Positions 1 to 7,281 of a stretch of DNA of 64,000 nt are shown one piece after another (position 1 is the stretch's first letter; each line of letters begins with the position of its first letter). The stretch is taken from IMG/VR virus record IMGVR_UViG_3300009082_000018, positions 45,594 through 109,593 of that record. The stretch is one strand, 5' to 3'. A program made the position numbers and the translations under genes. The notes beneath the pieces are model-generated. The model made no database searches. It was not told the DNA's origin and worked only from the letters and a program-made list of their open reading frames with translations. Origin of the DNA: a virus.

Positions 1-468
1 CGAAACAGGGCGTTGTGCAAGAAGATCGAGGAGAAGGTCGCCGCCAAGAAGAGCGTCATCGTGCTCGTCAAGGAGATCTTCCACGGTGACAGGTTGGATG
101 AGAACCTGTGGAAGTACTGTAAATTTGTACCCCACAAGTTCATCAACGGCCAGGAGACCTCCGAGGTCAGACAGCGTGCTCTGGCTGAGTTCGAGAGCGG
201 CGCTCTGAAGGTGCTGATCGCCACGTCGATCTTGGATGAGGGAGTGGACATCCCCAACATCGACGTGATGGTGCTGGCAGGTGGAGGCAAGTCGTCAATC
301 AAGACGCTGCAGCGGATCGGTCGAGGTCTCCGCAGAGGAGGATCATCGGACACCCTTGAGGTGGTGGACACAGCCGACTTCACCCACGAGTACCTCCTGA
401 AGCACAGTCTGCAGCGCCTCGAGGACTATAAGGCCGAAGACTGCTTCGAGATCATCGTTGCGAGGTAA
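1..468 (+). CDS. SF2 helicase C-terminal part (UvsW/Rad25-like), 5' truncated by window
   Basis: Motifs VLIATSILDEGVDIP (V) and QRIGRGLR (VI). Confidence 0.85.
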   Translation, partial: RNRALCKKIEEKVAAKKSVIVLVKEIFHGDRLDENLWKYCKFVPHKFINGQETSEVRQRALAEFESGALKVLIATSILDEGVDIPNIDVMVLAGGGKSSIKTLQRIGRGLRRGGSSDTLEVVDTADFTHEYLLKHSLQRLEDYKAEDCFEIIVAR

Positions 469-475
469 GTCTTTC

Positions 476-760
476 ATGGCTACTACGTGGAAGGGGAGTC
501 GTCCACAAGACTTCACAATCACCATGAGTGGGCCACACCAGTTTCAACCTGGGATGCTCATCAATATCGACACTGGTGACGGCAAAAAGAAGCAATGTAT
601 GATCACAGAGATCGTCGATAGGCACACGTTGCAGCTCGCAGAGCTAACAGCGCAAGAGCAGTCCTTTGGATCACCTGTGGTGTATGGGATGATCAGGCCA
701 GAGAAGGAACGTACGGACATCGTCAGGCGTGAGGATGCGCCCTACAAGGACATCGAGTGA
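476..760 (+). CDS. Hypothetical protein ending in RREDAPYKDIE tag
   Basis: ORF with GAGG upstream; C-terminal motif shared with other ORFs. Confidence 0.65.
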   Translation: MATTWKGSRPQDFTITMSGPHQFQPGMLINIDTGDGKKKQCMITEIVDRHTLQLAELTAQEQSFGSPVVYGMIRPEKERTDIVRREDAPYKDIE

Positions 761-1088
761 TCAAGCAGCCTTCGGATAGGCCTCGTCGATCAAGTCCGCC
801 ACAGGGGCGTCCCGGTCGTGGTCTCCGAAGAACCGCTGATCTGGCGCACGCTCTACCAGCTGGGCTGAGTGTACCGCTCCCGTTGGTACTACAGGTACTG
901 GGACGGAAGCGCATACGACAGCGTTGGAACACACCAGACATAGTCTGGCGTGTGCTAGGCCGTACAGGCCTGGCAGGGCTGGGTGAGCTGGGGCCCCGCA
1001 TCTGTCGCAACGAAGGTACATGGTCTCCACTCAGTAAGCATCGATCCAAGTTGTGGTCGATTGAGATCAAAAGTCAAGAGGTTTTTTC

Positions 1089-1325
1089 ATGGATACCGTG
1101 ATCCACATCAGCCCTGTTGGTTGGTGGGTCTCCTATAAGAAGGACCAATGGACCGGTCCCTTCAAGGATGAGAACGAGGCCCACGAAGCGGCCAAGGTGA
1201 TTGTGCCGATGATCTATCCGGAGTACCAGCTACTACGGGTCATGCCGTGGGAACGGAAGACCTGTCCCAACGTCTACAACGAATTGTTGACGAAGAAGAA
1301 TAGGAGATCGAAATGCCAGGACTGA
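1089..1325 (+). CDS. Hypothetical protein
   Basis: ORF overlapping start of next gene. Confidence 0.55.
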   Translation: MDTVIHISPVGWWVSYKKDQWTGPFKDENEAHEAAKVIVPMIYPEYQLLRVMPWERKTCPNVYNELLTKKNRRSKCQD

Positions 1326-2098
1326 TCATCAATGGCAAAGAAGAACTGGTTGATGGACTCACCATCATCAACTACAAGGACGAGCCCAAGCTCAAGCTCA
1401 AGGCGGGCGAAGACATGCGGGCGCGCAAGACCCGCTGGATTCGTTCGATCGTCCTGCACAACACCAAGAACATCCAAACCAAGGTCAAGGCTGGCTTTGG
1501 TCCCTCCACCAATCTCGGCAAGCGCATCGCCGATCTTTGGGCCACGAGCAGCAAAAACGCTGGTGCTCACCTGTCCGTGGACTGGGACGGGACGGTCTAC
1601 TGCCACGCAGATCTACTTCAGGATGCGACCTACCACGCAAGTTCGATGAATGAGGTCTCGATCGGAATCGAGATCTACGAGGATGGGAAGGGCGTGGTGT
1701 ACGAGGGCCAGCTCGACGTCGTGGTCAAACTCGTGGTCTGGCTCTGCCGGCGCTTTGGTATCCAGATGCAGATGCCGATCGCCATGGACAACTCCGAGAT
1801 CTCTCGGATCAAGCGTGGCGGCGAAGACTGTGTAGGGGTGTTCGGTCACTGCCACCAGAACCACAAGGACAAGGCCCACGACCCTGGCATCGACATCTTC
1901 AAGCGCCTGAAAGCCGATGCTGGGTTCAAGGAGTTCGACTTCGCTCATCAGGGCATGCCTGATGACATCAAGTACTGGATGATCACCCAGAAGGCACTCG
2001 ATCTCGTAATCGACGGTGTGCCTGGCCCCAAGACCTGCGACGCACTCCAGGCTCGTGGGTTTGCCAACGGTCTCTACGACTGGAAGACGACACTGTGA
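1313..2098 (+). CDS. N-acetylmuramoyl-L-alanine amidase (endolysin) with C-terminal peptidoglycan-binding motif
   Basis: IVLHNT, AHLSVDWDG, SIGIE, FGH amidase_2 motifs; DGVPGPKT PG-binding motif; AGGAG SD. Confidence 0.85.
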   Translation: MPGLIINGKEELVDGLTIINYKDEPKLKLKAGEDMRARKTRWIRSIVLHNTKNIQTKVKAGFGPSTNLGKRIADLWATSSKNAGAHLSVDWDGTVYCHADLLQDATYHASSMNEVSIGIEIYEDGKGVVYEGQLDVVVKLVVWLCRRFGIQMQMPIAMDNSEISRIKRGGEDCVGVFGHCHQNHKDKAHDPGIDIFKRLKADAGFKEFDFAHQGMPDDIKYWMITQKALDLVIDGVPGPKTCDALQARGFANGLYDWKTTL

Positions 2099-2355
2099 TC
2101 TTGAAATTCAACAATAGCCAACAAGCCAGGTTGTTGGCAGAGCTGACAGGTGATCTGGTTCAAATCGAAGAGGCCGAGATCAAACACCCAACACTTGACC
2201 ACATGTGCATGTTGGTTGGCAGTGTGAGAGATGGTGGTCGTACCAAGCTCTGGTTGCGGTTGGAGGAGGTTTCTGAACTGACTTCTGCTGTTGATCCTAT
2301 TCGTAGACCGCCGATTAGAATGAAAAAGAAACCACCACCCATGAGGCAAAAATGA
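2095..2355 (+). CDS. Hypothetical protein, C-terminal KKKPPP
   Basis: GTGA overlap with amidase stop. Confidence 0.6.
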   Translation: MILKFNNSQQARLLAELTGDLVQIEEAEIKHPTLDHMCMLVGSVRDGGRTKLWLRLEEVSELTSAVDPIRRPPIRMKKKPPPMRQK

Positions 2356-2535
2356 GAACCGTGATCATTTTGAAGGCACCAAAGCCGTGAAGTGTAGCAG
2401 AAGAGAAGATCGTCGTCGTCTTCGAGGTGGCTCGCAACTGACGCGTAAGAAGCGTCGACGAAATCGTATGCTGCGTCTGGTTCTCACTAGACGAAATCGC
2501 AGGGTACAGCGACAACAACTGGCCCAAGAGGAATT

Positions 2536-3303
2536 ATGATCAAGCAACCTCCCCCTGTTCGACCTCCGGTGAAAGGCTGGAAACAGGCGCCTGGCGGCAA
2601 GATTTTCACCGGGGACTGCATCGACATGCTCAAAGAGCTGAGTTCAGAGTCTGTTGATCTGTCAATCTTCGATCCCGCCTACGAAAGCCTGGAGAAGCAT
2701 CGAGCTGTCGGATCGAAGACCAGGCTCAAGCACTCCAAGGCCTCCAGCAACGATTGGTTCACGACCTTCCCCAACGCCCGATACGGGGAGCTGTTCCAGC
2801 AGCTCTTCCGAGTGATGAAGCCAGGGACTCACATCTACATGTTCTGCGACGAGGAGACTCGCGACGTGGTGACCTGTGGCTGGTCTCCTCAATCTCCGAA
2901 TGTCAACCTCGGTTTCTCACCCATCCTGGCCGCCGGCTTCAAGTACTGGAAGGCTCTCATCTGGGACAAGATGATCGCCGGCATGGGCTATCATTATCGA
3001 GCCCAGCACGAATTCATCGTTATGGCTGAGAAGATCGTGAGAGTGAACAAGCACCGGCAGCTAAACGATCTAGGACCAGGTGACGTCCTCCAGCATCGTC
3101 GCCTCAAGGGACCGGATTACTACCCGACGGAGAAGCCTCGAGAGTTGATCGAGCTGTTGGTGAAGCAGTCGTCGAATACAGGTGACACGGTGCTTGATAT
3201 GTTCGCTGGTTCTGGTGTGGTGGGTCAGGTCTGCCAGGACATCGATCGTCGTTTCATCCTGGGTGACATCGACACCAAAGAGATTCGCCTGAGACTCGTA
3301 TGA
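2536..3303 (+). CDS. DNA N4/N6 methyltransferase (beta class)
   Basis: GDCIDML, DPAY (DPPY-like), YPTEKP, VLDMFAGSG. Confidence 0.9.
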   Translation: MIKQPPPVRPPVKGWKQAPGGKIFTGDCIDMLKELSSESVDLSIFDPAYESLEKHRAVGSKTRLKHSKASSNDWFTTFPNARYGELFQQLFRVMKPGTHIYMFCDEETRDVVTCGWSPQSPNVNLGFSPILAAGFKYWKALIWDKMIAGMGYHYRAQHEFIVMAEKIVRVNKHRQLNDLGPGDVLQHRRLKGPDYYPTEKPRELIELLVKQSSNTGDTVLDMFAGSGVVGQVCQDIDRRFILGDIDTKEIRLRLV

Positions 3304-3773
3304 CCACGCTCAAGATCACCTTTGATCCCGATACCAAGTTCTGCCAGCTTCGCTTCGGCTACAATAAGCGATTTGCTGAATTCATGAAAAGTGGGATCAC
3401 TCCTCTTTCTTATCGGCGCTGGGTGGCAGACAAGAAGTACTGGGAGGTCCACGTCTCGAAGCTGGCTCGTGTGGTCGTGGTGGCCCGTCGCTACTTCGGT
3501 CATGTCGATTACTCAGAGCTGCCAGGTGGCCTACAGATCGAGCTGGCCATCAGGATGAGTGCCTTCGATGACGTGGAGGCACCGCCCAAGAGGACGGCTT
3601 CTACACCGCACGATGTGCTCTACCTGCTACCCACTGCGCCAATCGAGGTGGTCAAGGCAGCCTATCGAGCCCTGGCTCTTATTCATCACCCAGATCGGGG
3701 CGGTGACGAGGAAATCCTGAAGGAGATCAACTCTGCTTACGAAACCATCACTGAGGCGAAAAAAGAGGGTTGA
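3300..3773 (+). CDS. J-domain (DnaJ-like) protein with N-terminal HARP-like domain
   Basis: AYRALALIHHPDRGG...EINSAY. Confidence 0.85.
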   Translation: MTTLKITFDPDTKFCQLRFGYNKRFAEFMKSGITPLSYRRWVADKKYWEVHVSKLARVVVVARRYFGHVDYSELPGGLQIELAIRMSAFDDVEAPPKRTASTPHDVLYLLPTAPIEVVKAAYRALALIHHPDRGGDEEILKEINSAYETITEAKKEG

Positions 3774-3799
3774 CAAACGACCCGACCTAGTTCAAGGAT
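3770..3799 (+). promoter_or_regulatory. Possible sigma70-type promoter for leader/tRNA array
   Basis: TTGACA at 3770-3775; weak -10 (AAGGAT 3794-3799). Confidence 0.45.
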
Positions 3800-3804
3800 G
3801 AAGA

Positions 3805-3960
3805 ATGATGTTCCAAGCCGCAAAACGAACAAAGTCGAGCGCCCGGAGTTGGCGCGGGACGTGTTCGTTTAGCGTGCGCCCAGATCATAGCTCGAGGGAA
3901 TTGGGTACCCTGCAGTCTTACCCGAATACCCTCGAGCCCATTGGAGCGCCAGGCGGCTAG
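3805..3960 (+). CDS. Attenuator leader peptide, 51 aa (MMFQAAKRTKSSARSWRGTCSFSVRPDHSSRELGTLQSYPNTLEPIGAPGG)
   Basis: Open frame translated by hand; last codons CCAGGCGGC are complementary to the terminator 5' arm; 41 distinct codons. Confidence 0.7.
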   Translation: MMFQAAKRTKSSARSWRGTCSFSVRPDHSSRELGTLQSYPNTLEPIGAPGG

Positions 3961-3985
3961 GACTCGAGGAAACATAGGACTCGAG

Positions 3986-4018
3986 AGGCCGCCTGGGAAA
4001 CCAAGCGGCCTTTTTTTT
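3986..4018 (+). terminator. Intrinsic terminator (attenuator) directly upstream of the first tRNA
   Basis: AGGCCGC-C-TGG GAAA CCA-A-GCGGCCT hairpin plus T8. Confidence 0.9.
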
Positions 4019-4023
4019 GTTCT

Positions 4024-4095
4024 GGGTGGTTCGTCCAACTGGAAGGGCCCCGGGCCGTAACCCCGGCTATCTAGGTTCGACTCCTAGACCACCCA
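4024..4095 (+). tRNA. tRNA-Tyr(GUA), C33, short variable loop
   Basis: Cloverleaf; loop ccGTAac. Confidence 0.75.
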
Positions 4096-4162
4096 TTGGA
4101 GATCGACTATGTGCTTGCAGGAATTCATGCACCGCTTGAAACAGAGGCTTGAGTCAGATCAA

Positions 4163-4235
4163 GCCTCCGTGGTGCAGCGGCTAGCACACATGGCTTTTAC
4201 CCATCGAGACGCAGGTTCGAGTCCTGCCGGGGGCA
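4163..4235 (+). tRNA. tRNA-Lys(UUU)
   Basis: Cloverleaf; loop ctTTTac. Confidence 0.85.
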
Positions 4236-4247
4236 CTGAAGGAAGTC

Positions 4248-4319
4248 GGGCTCGAAGTGTTATGGTTGCACAGCGGACTCTTAATCCGACAAGTGAGGGT
4301 TCAACTCCCTCCGGGCCCA
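4248..4319 (+). tRNA. tRNA-Lys(CUU)
   Basis: Loop ctCTTaa. Confidence 0.85.
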
Positions 4320-4330
4320 TTGAGAATTGA

Positions 4331-4402
4331 TCCGGGTTAGCCTAGCGGCAAAGGCAGCGCGCTCTGACCGCGCCATCGAAGGTTCGAGTCCTTCACCCGG
4401 AA
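4331..4402 (+). tRNA. tRNA-Gln(CUG)
   Basis: Loop ctCTGac. Confidence 0.9.
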
Positions 4403-4448
4403 CTGCGCAACTGGCCCTTGACAATTGAATAGCTGGTCGTGGTCGTTT

Positions 4449-4523
4449 GGTGAGGTCGTCCAATCGGTAGGACACCAGACTGAAAATCTGGGAACGACGG
4501 TTCGACTCCGTCCCTTGCCACCA
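4449..4523 (+). tRNA. tRNA-Phe(GAA)
   Basis: Loop ctGAAaa; CCA encoded. Confidence 0.9.
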
Positions 4524-4526
4524 CTT

Positions 4527-4597
4527 GGGCCTGTAGCTTGAAGGTCGAGCCACCGGCTCATAACCGGTTGGTGAGTGTTCGATTCACTCCGGGCCTA
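4527..4597 (+). tRNA. tRNA-CAU (Ile2-like or Met)
   Basis: Loop ctCATaa; GGGCCUG acceptor. Confidence 0.85.
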
Positions 4598-4601
4598 TTG
4601 A

Positions 4602-4672
4602 TCGGGTGTCGTCTAACGGTAGGGCCGTGGACTTTGGATCCATGAATAGAGGTTCGACTCCTCTCACCCGAA
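4602..4672 (+). tRNA. tRNA-Gln(UUG)
   Basis: Loop ctTTGga. Confidence 0.9.
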
Positions 4673-4674
4673 AA

Positions 4675-4747
4675 CGGGGAGTAGGGCATTGGATGACCCG
4701 CTTGCTTTGGGAGCAAGAATAAGCTGGTTCGATTCCAGTCTCCCCGA
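4675..4747 (+). tRNA. tRNA-Pro(UGG)
   Basis: Loop ttTGGga. Confidence 0.9.
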
Positions 4748-4758
4748 CTGATCTTCAT

Positions 4759-4833
4759 TCCAGAGTAGCTCAAAGGTGGAGCGGCGCCCTGTTAAGGCGA
4801 TGGCTGGGGGTTCGAGTCCCTCCTCTGGAGCCA
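4759..4833 (+). tRNA. tRNA-Asn(GUU)
   Basis: Loop ctGTTaa; CCA encoded. Confidence 0.9.
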
Positions 4834-4845
4834 GTAAAGTTGATC

Positions 4846-4917
4846 CGCCTCGTGGCTCAGTGGTCCGAGCAGTCGGCCGATAACCGACAGGCGAGAGTTC
4901 GATTCTCTCCGAGGCGA
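4846..4917 (+). tRNA. tRNA-Ile(GAU), C33
   Basis: Loop ccGATaa. Confidence 0.85.
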
Positions 4918-4929
4918 AAAGAAGATCAT

Positions 4930-5002
4930 GGCGGACGAAGCCAAACGGTGCGGCGCCTGACTGTGGATCAGGTTCTAGGGGGTTCGACTCCCCTCGTTCG
5001 CC
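4930..5002 (+). tRNA. tRNA-His(GUG)
   Basis: Loop ctGTGga; G-1/C73. Confidence 0.9.
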
Positions 5003-5103
5003 CTCGCACATGTTATGCTCCTGCGCAGGTCTACCAGAGCGGGCCAGATCGCCCTTGAATGGGCGTGGAGGGCGGCGCAGGCGGGCCAGGGCGGGGAGCG
5101 CTT

Positions 5104-5175
5104 GGGGACGTAGTGATAGCGGGAGCACACGGCGTTCGCAACGCTGAAGTGAGGGTTCGACTCCCTCCGTCTCCA
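5104..5175 (+). tRNA. tRNA-Ala(CGC)
   Basis: Loop ttCGCaa; G3:U70. Confidence 0.9.
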
Positions 5176-5181
5176 CTCTCT

Positions 5182-5252
5182 GGGCTCATAGTGAAATGGG
5201 ATCACGCAGCCTCGGCAAGGCTGAATCCCGGGTTCAACTCCCGGTGGGTCCA
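5182..5252 (+). tRNA. tRNA-Ala(GGC), C33
   Basis: Loop tcGGCaa; G3:U70. Confidence 0.85.
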
Positions 5253-5257
5253 CTCTT

Positions 5258-5340
5258 GGAGGGTACTGAGGAATGGTCCTCAACATGGTCCGAACCCATG
5301 GGCGGCCGAAAGACCGGGCGTTCGATTCGTCTACCCTCCG
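5258..5340 (+). tRNA. tRNA-Ser(CGA), C33
   Basis: Loop tcCGAac; long V arm; G73. Confidence 0.85.
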
Positions 5341-5368
5341 CTGATTGTTGATCTGAAAATTGTACCAT

Positions 5369-5439
5369 GGACGCGGAAGCTGTCGGATGGCTGACCGGCT
5401 GTCTACCGGTTGAAGAGGGTTCAACTCCCTTCGCGTCCG
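5369..5439 (+). tRNA. tRNA-Asp(GUC)
   Basis: Loop ctGTCta; G73. Confidence 0.8.
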
Positions 5440-5440
5440 C

Positions 5441-5514
5441 CGCAGGGTTGAGGAGAGGTCTACCTCGCCTGGCTCATAACCAGGAGCACGTTGGTTCAAA
5501 TCCAACCCCTGCTA
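5441..5514 (+). tRNA. tRNA-CAU, initiator-like
   Basis: Loop ctCATaa; C1:U72 mismatch. Confidence 0.8.
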
Positions 5515-5516
5515 GC

Positions 5517-5588
5517 GCGGTTGAGGTGTTTGTGGTTGCACGCGGCGTTGCCAACGCTGAAGACAGGGTTCGACTCCCTGCAGCCGCA
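5517..5588 (+). tRNA. tRNA-Gly(GCC)
   Basis: Loop ttGCCaa. Confidence 0.9.
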
Positions 5589-5590
5589 AC

Positions 5591-5663
5591 GCCGGAGGTC
5601 GAGGGTTCAAATCCCTCCAGGCTCCCGCAAGGGACCTGTAGCTCAGTCAGGTAGAGCACCGGC
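5591..5663 (+). ncRNA. Circularly permuted tRNA-like RNA without anticodon loop
   Basis: Order GCCGG / AGGTC / T arm GAGGG-TTCAAAT-CCCTC / acceptor-like stem closed by GCAA / TA / D arm GCTC..GAGC / CCGGC. Confidence 0.8.
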
Positions 5664-5667
5664 TTCT

Positions 5668-5752
5668 GGAAGGTGACCCGTAATGGTACGGGAGCTGGTT
5701 GCTAACCAGTCAGGGGGTAACGCCCCAGCAGGTTCGATTCCTGCACCTTCCG
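5668..5752 (+). tRNA. tRNA-Ser(GCU)
   Basis: Loop ttGCTaa; long V arm. Confidence 0.9.
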
Positions 5753-5759
5753 CCGGATT

Positions 5760-5843
5760 GGAGAGCGAGAAGCAGGGTGCGCAACTGCGTTGGAAGCGCA
5801 GGAGGGTTGAAAGGCCCGCTGGGTTCGATTCCCAGGCTCTCCG
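5760..5843 (+). tRNA. tRNA-Ser(GGA)
   Basis: Loop ttGGAag; long V arm; weak D stem. Confidence 0.8.
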
Positions 5844-5936
5844 CTAGATGAGTCGACTGACACGGAGACGGCAGCTGATCCCGGTCCCCAAGGGCGTCTT
5901 ACGGCTGACGGGCTGTCAGAGCACGACTCATCGCAT

Positions 5937-6008
5937 GCGGGTGAGATGTTAACGGTTGCATGTCAGTCTTCCAAACTGAATGACGGAGTTCAACTCTCCG
6001 CACCCGCA
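5937..6008 (+). tRNA. tRNA-Gly(UCC)
   Basis: Loop ctTCCaa. Confidence 0.9.
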
Positions 6009-6022
6009 CCGTATAGTTGATC

Positions 6023-6101
6023 CGGGATGTAGCTCAGCCAGGGAGAGCGCTCGCTTCGGGAGCGAGAGGTTTCGTGGGTTCGAACCCCACCATCCCGACC
6101 A
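6023..6101 (+). tRNA. tRNA-Pro(CGG)
   Basis: Loop ttCGGga; CCA encoded. Confidence 0.9.
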
Positions 6102-6103
6102 AT

Positions 6104-6177
6104 GCCAAGGTAGCCCAACAGGAAGTGGCACACGCCTCAGGCGCGTGACAGTGAGGGTTCGAATCCCTTCCTTGGCA
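6104..6177 (+). tRNA. tRNA-Leu(CAG), no long V arm
   Basis: Loop ctCAGgc. Confidence 0.85.
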
Positions 6178-6182
6178 TCTTC

Positions 6183-6254
6183 GCCGCCAAAGCGTAAAGG
6201 GTGACGCGCCGGCTTCGTACACCGGAGAACCCAGTTCAACTCTGGGTGGCGGCT
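6183..6254 (+). tRNA. tRNA-Thr(CGU)
   Basis: Loop ttCGTac; U73. Confidence 0.85.
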
Positions 6255-6256
6255 CT

Positions 6257-6389
6257 GGGTGGACCGACAGAGGTTGGATTATCCATGCTAAGGACGAGGT
6301 CGCGGGTTCGAATCCCGTCGGGCTCCTTCGGGGGCCCGTGGCTCAGCGGTAGAGCGCGTAAAACTCCAGCTTCAACCCCTTGTTCACCC
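6257..6389 (+). ncRNA. YrlA-type Y RNA inside the tRNA array
   Basis: GGGTGGACCGAC...CTTGTTCACCC closing stem, TTATC motif, internal T-arm/acceptor/D-arm module. Confidence 0.8.
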
Positions 6390-6393
6390 TACT

Positions 6394-6464
6394 GCCGGAT
6401 GATGACTCCTGGGGAGTCAGCGCACTTGTAAGGCGCCAGGGCGGTTCGACTCCGACATCCGGCT
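6394..6464 (+). tRNA. Atypical tRNA-Thr(UGU)
   Basis: Loop ctTGTaa; 8-bp acceptor possible; 6-bp D stem GACTCC/GGAGTC. Confidence 0.65.
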
Positions 6465-6476
6465 CTGATCTGAAAT

Positions 6477-6548
6477 GGCCTTGTCTGCTAACGGTAGGCA
6501 ACCTGGTTCTCACCCAGGAAACGATGGGTTCAACTCCCTCCAAGGTCA
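6477..6548 (+). tRNA. tRNA-Glu(CUC)
   Basis: Loop ttCTCac. Confidence 0.85.
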
Positions 6549-6553
6549 CTGAC

Positions 6554-6625
6554 GGCCCCATCTGCTAACGGTAGGCACCGTGGTTTTCACCCACGCAACG
6601 GCGGGTTCAACTCCCCCTGGGGTCA
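6554..6625 (+). tRNA. tRNA-Glu(UUC)
   Basis: Loop ttTTCac. Confidence 0.85.
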
Positions 6626-6629
6626 CTGA

Positions 6630-6702
6630 GGGCGCTTCGTCTAGCGGCAAGGACCCCTGCTCGACACGCAGGTGATCGCCGGTTCGAGTCCGGCAGTGCC
6701 CA
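6630..6702 (+). tRNA. tRNA-Val(GAC), C33
   Basis: Loop tcGACac. Confidence 0.85.
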
Positions 6703-6706
6703 CTTC

Positions 6707-6778
6707 GGGGAGTTGGTGAAACTGGGATCACACGGCCCTTGCACGGCTGGATCAGGGGTTCAAATCCCCTACTCTCCA
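6707..6778 (+). tRNA. tRNA-Ala(UGC)
   Basis: Loop ctTGCac; G3:U70. Confidence 0.9.
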
Positions 6779-6844
6779 CTACCTGCACAGGTCATTGCCG
6801 ATATGACTAGTCTGTCAGAAGGGATGGTCTGTGCGGGGTCGATT

Positions 6845-6917
6845 GCCGCCAAAGTCCACGTGGTCGGGACGCCTGCTTGGTACGCAGGAGGGCAGAGTTC
6901 GATTCTCTGTGGCGGCT
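6845..6917 (+). tRNA. tRNA-Thr(GGU)
   Basis: Loop ttGGTac. Confidence 0.9.
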
Positions 6918-6975
6918 CCGCTGATTATCAGCATTTCACTTATGAAGATCACTGATAATCACTGATGAGACTGAT

Positions 6976-7046
6976 GGGGTTGAGGCTGAGGTAGCCGGAC
7001 GGTCTCCAAAACCGTCGTCGAGGGGGTTCGATTCCCTCCAACCCTG
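6976..7046 (+). tRNA. tRNA-Trp(CCA)
   Basis: Loop ctCCAaa; G73. Confidence 0.85.
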
Positions 7047-7051
7047 CTGAT

Positions 7052-7122
7052 GAGTCCGTGTCCGAGAGGCGAGGTACCTGGCTGCAACCCAGGTCACGGG
7101 GGTTCAAATCCCTCCGGACTCT
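7052..7122 (+). tRNA. tRNA-Cys(GCA)
   Basis: Loop ctGCAac; U73. Confidence 0.85.
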
Positions 7123-7127
7123 CTGAT

Positions 7128-7203
7128 GCACCCGTGGTCCAAAGGATGGGCACCGGTCCTCTAAACCGGATCCATGCTGGTTCGAGTCCAGCCGGGTGTG
7201 CCA
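7128..7203 (+). tRNA. tRNA-Arg(UCU), C33
   Basis: Loop ccTCTaa; CCA encoded. Confidence 0.85.
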
Positions 7204-7204
7204 A

Positions 7205-7277
7205 GGTCCCGTGGTCTAAAGGATGGGCACCTGTTTCCTAAACAGGATCAATGCAGGTTCGAGTCCTGCCGGGATCA
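7205..7277 (+). tRNA. tRNA-Arg(CCU)
   Basis: Loop ttCCTaa. Confidence 0.9.
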
Positions 7278-7281
7278 CTGA

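Noticed and set aside
5003-6975. Theta/HDV-like or hammerhead ribozymes in tRNA spacers
   Set aside because: No HDV P3/L3 core seen; CTGATGAG at 6962 lacks a properly placed GAAA and stems
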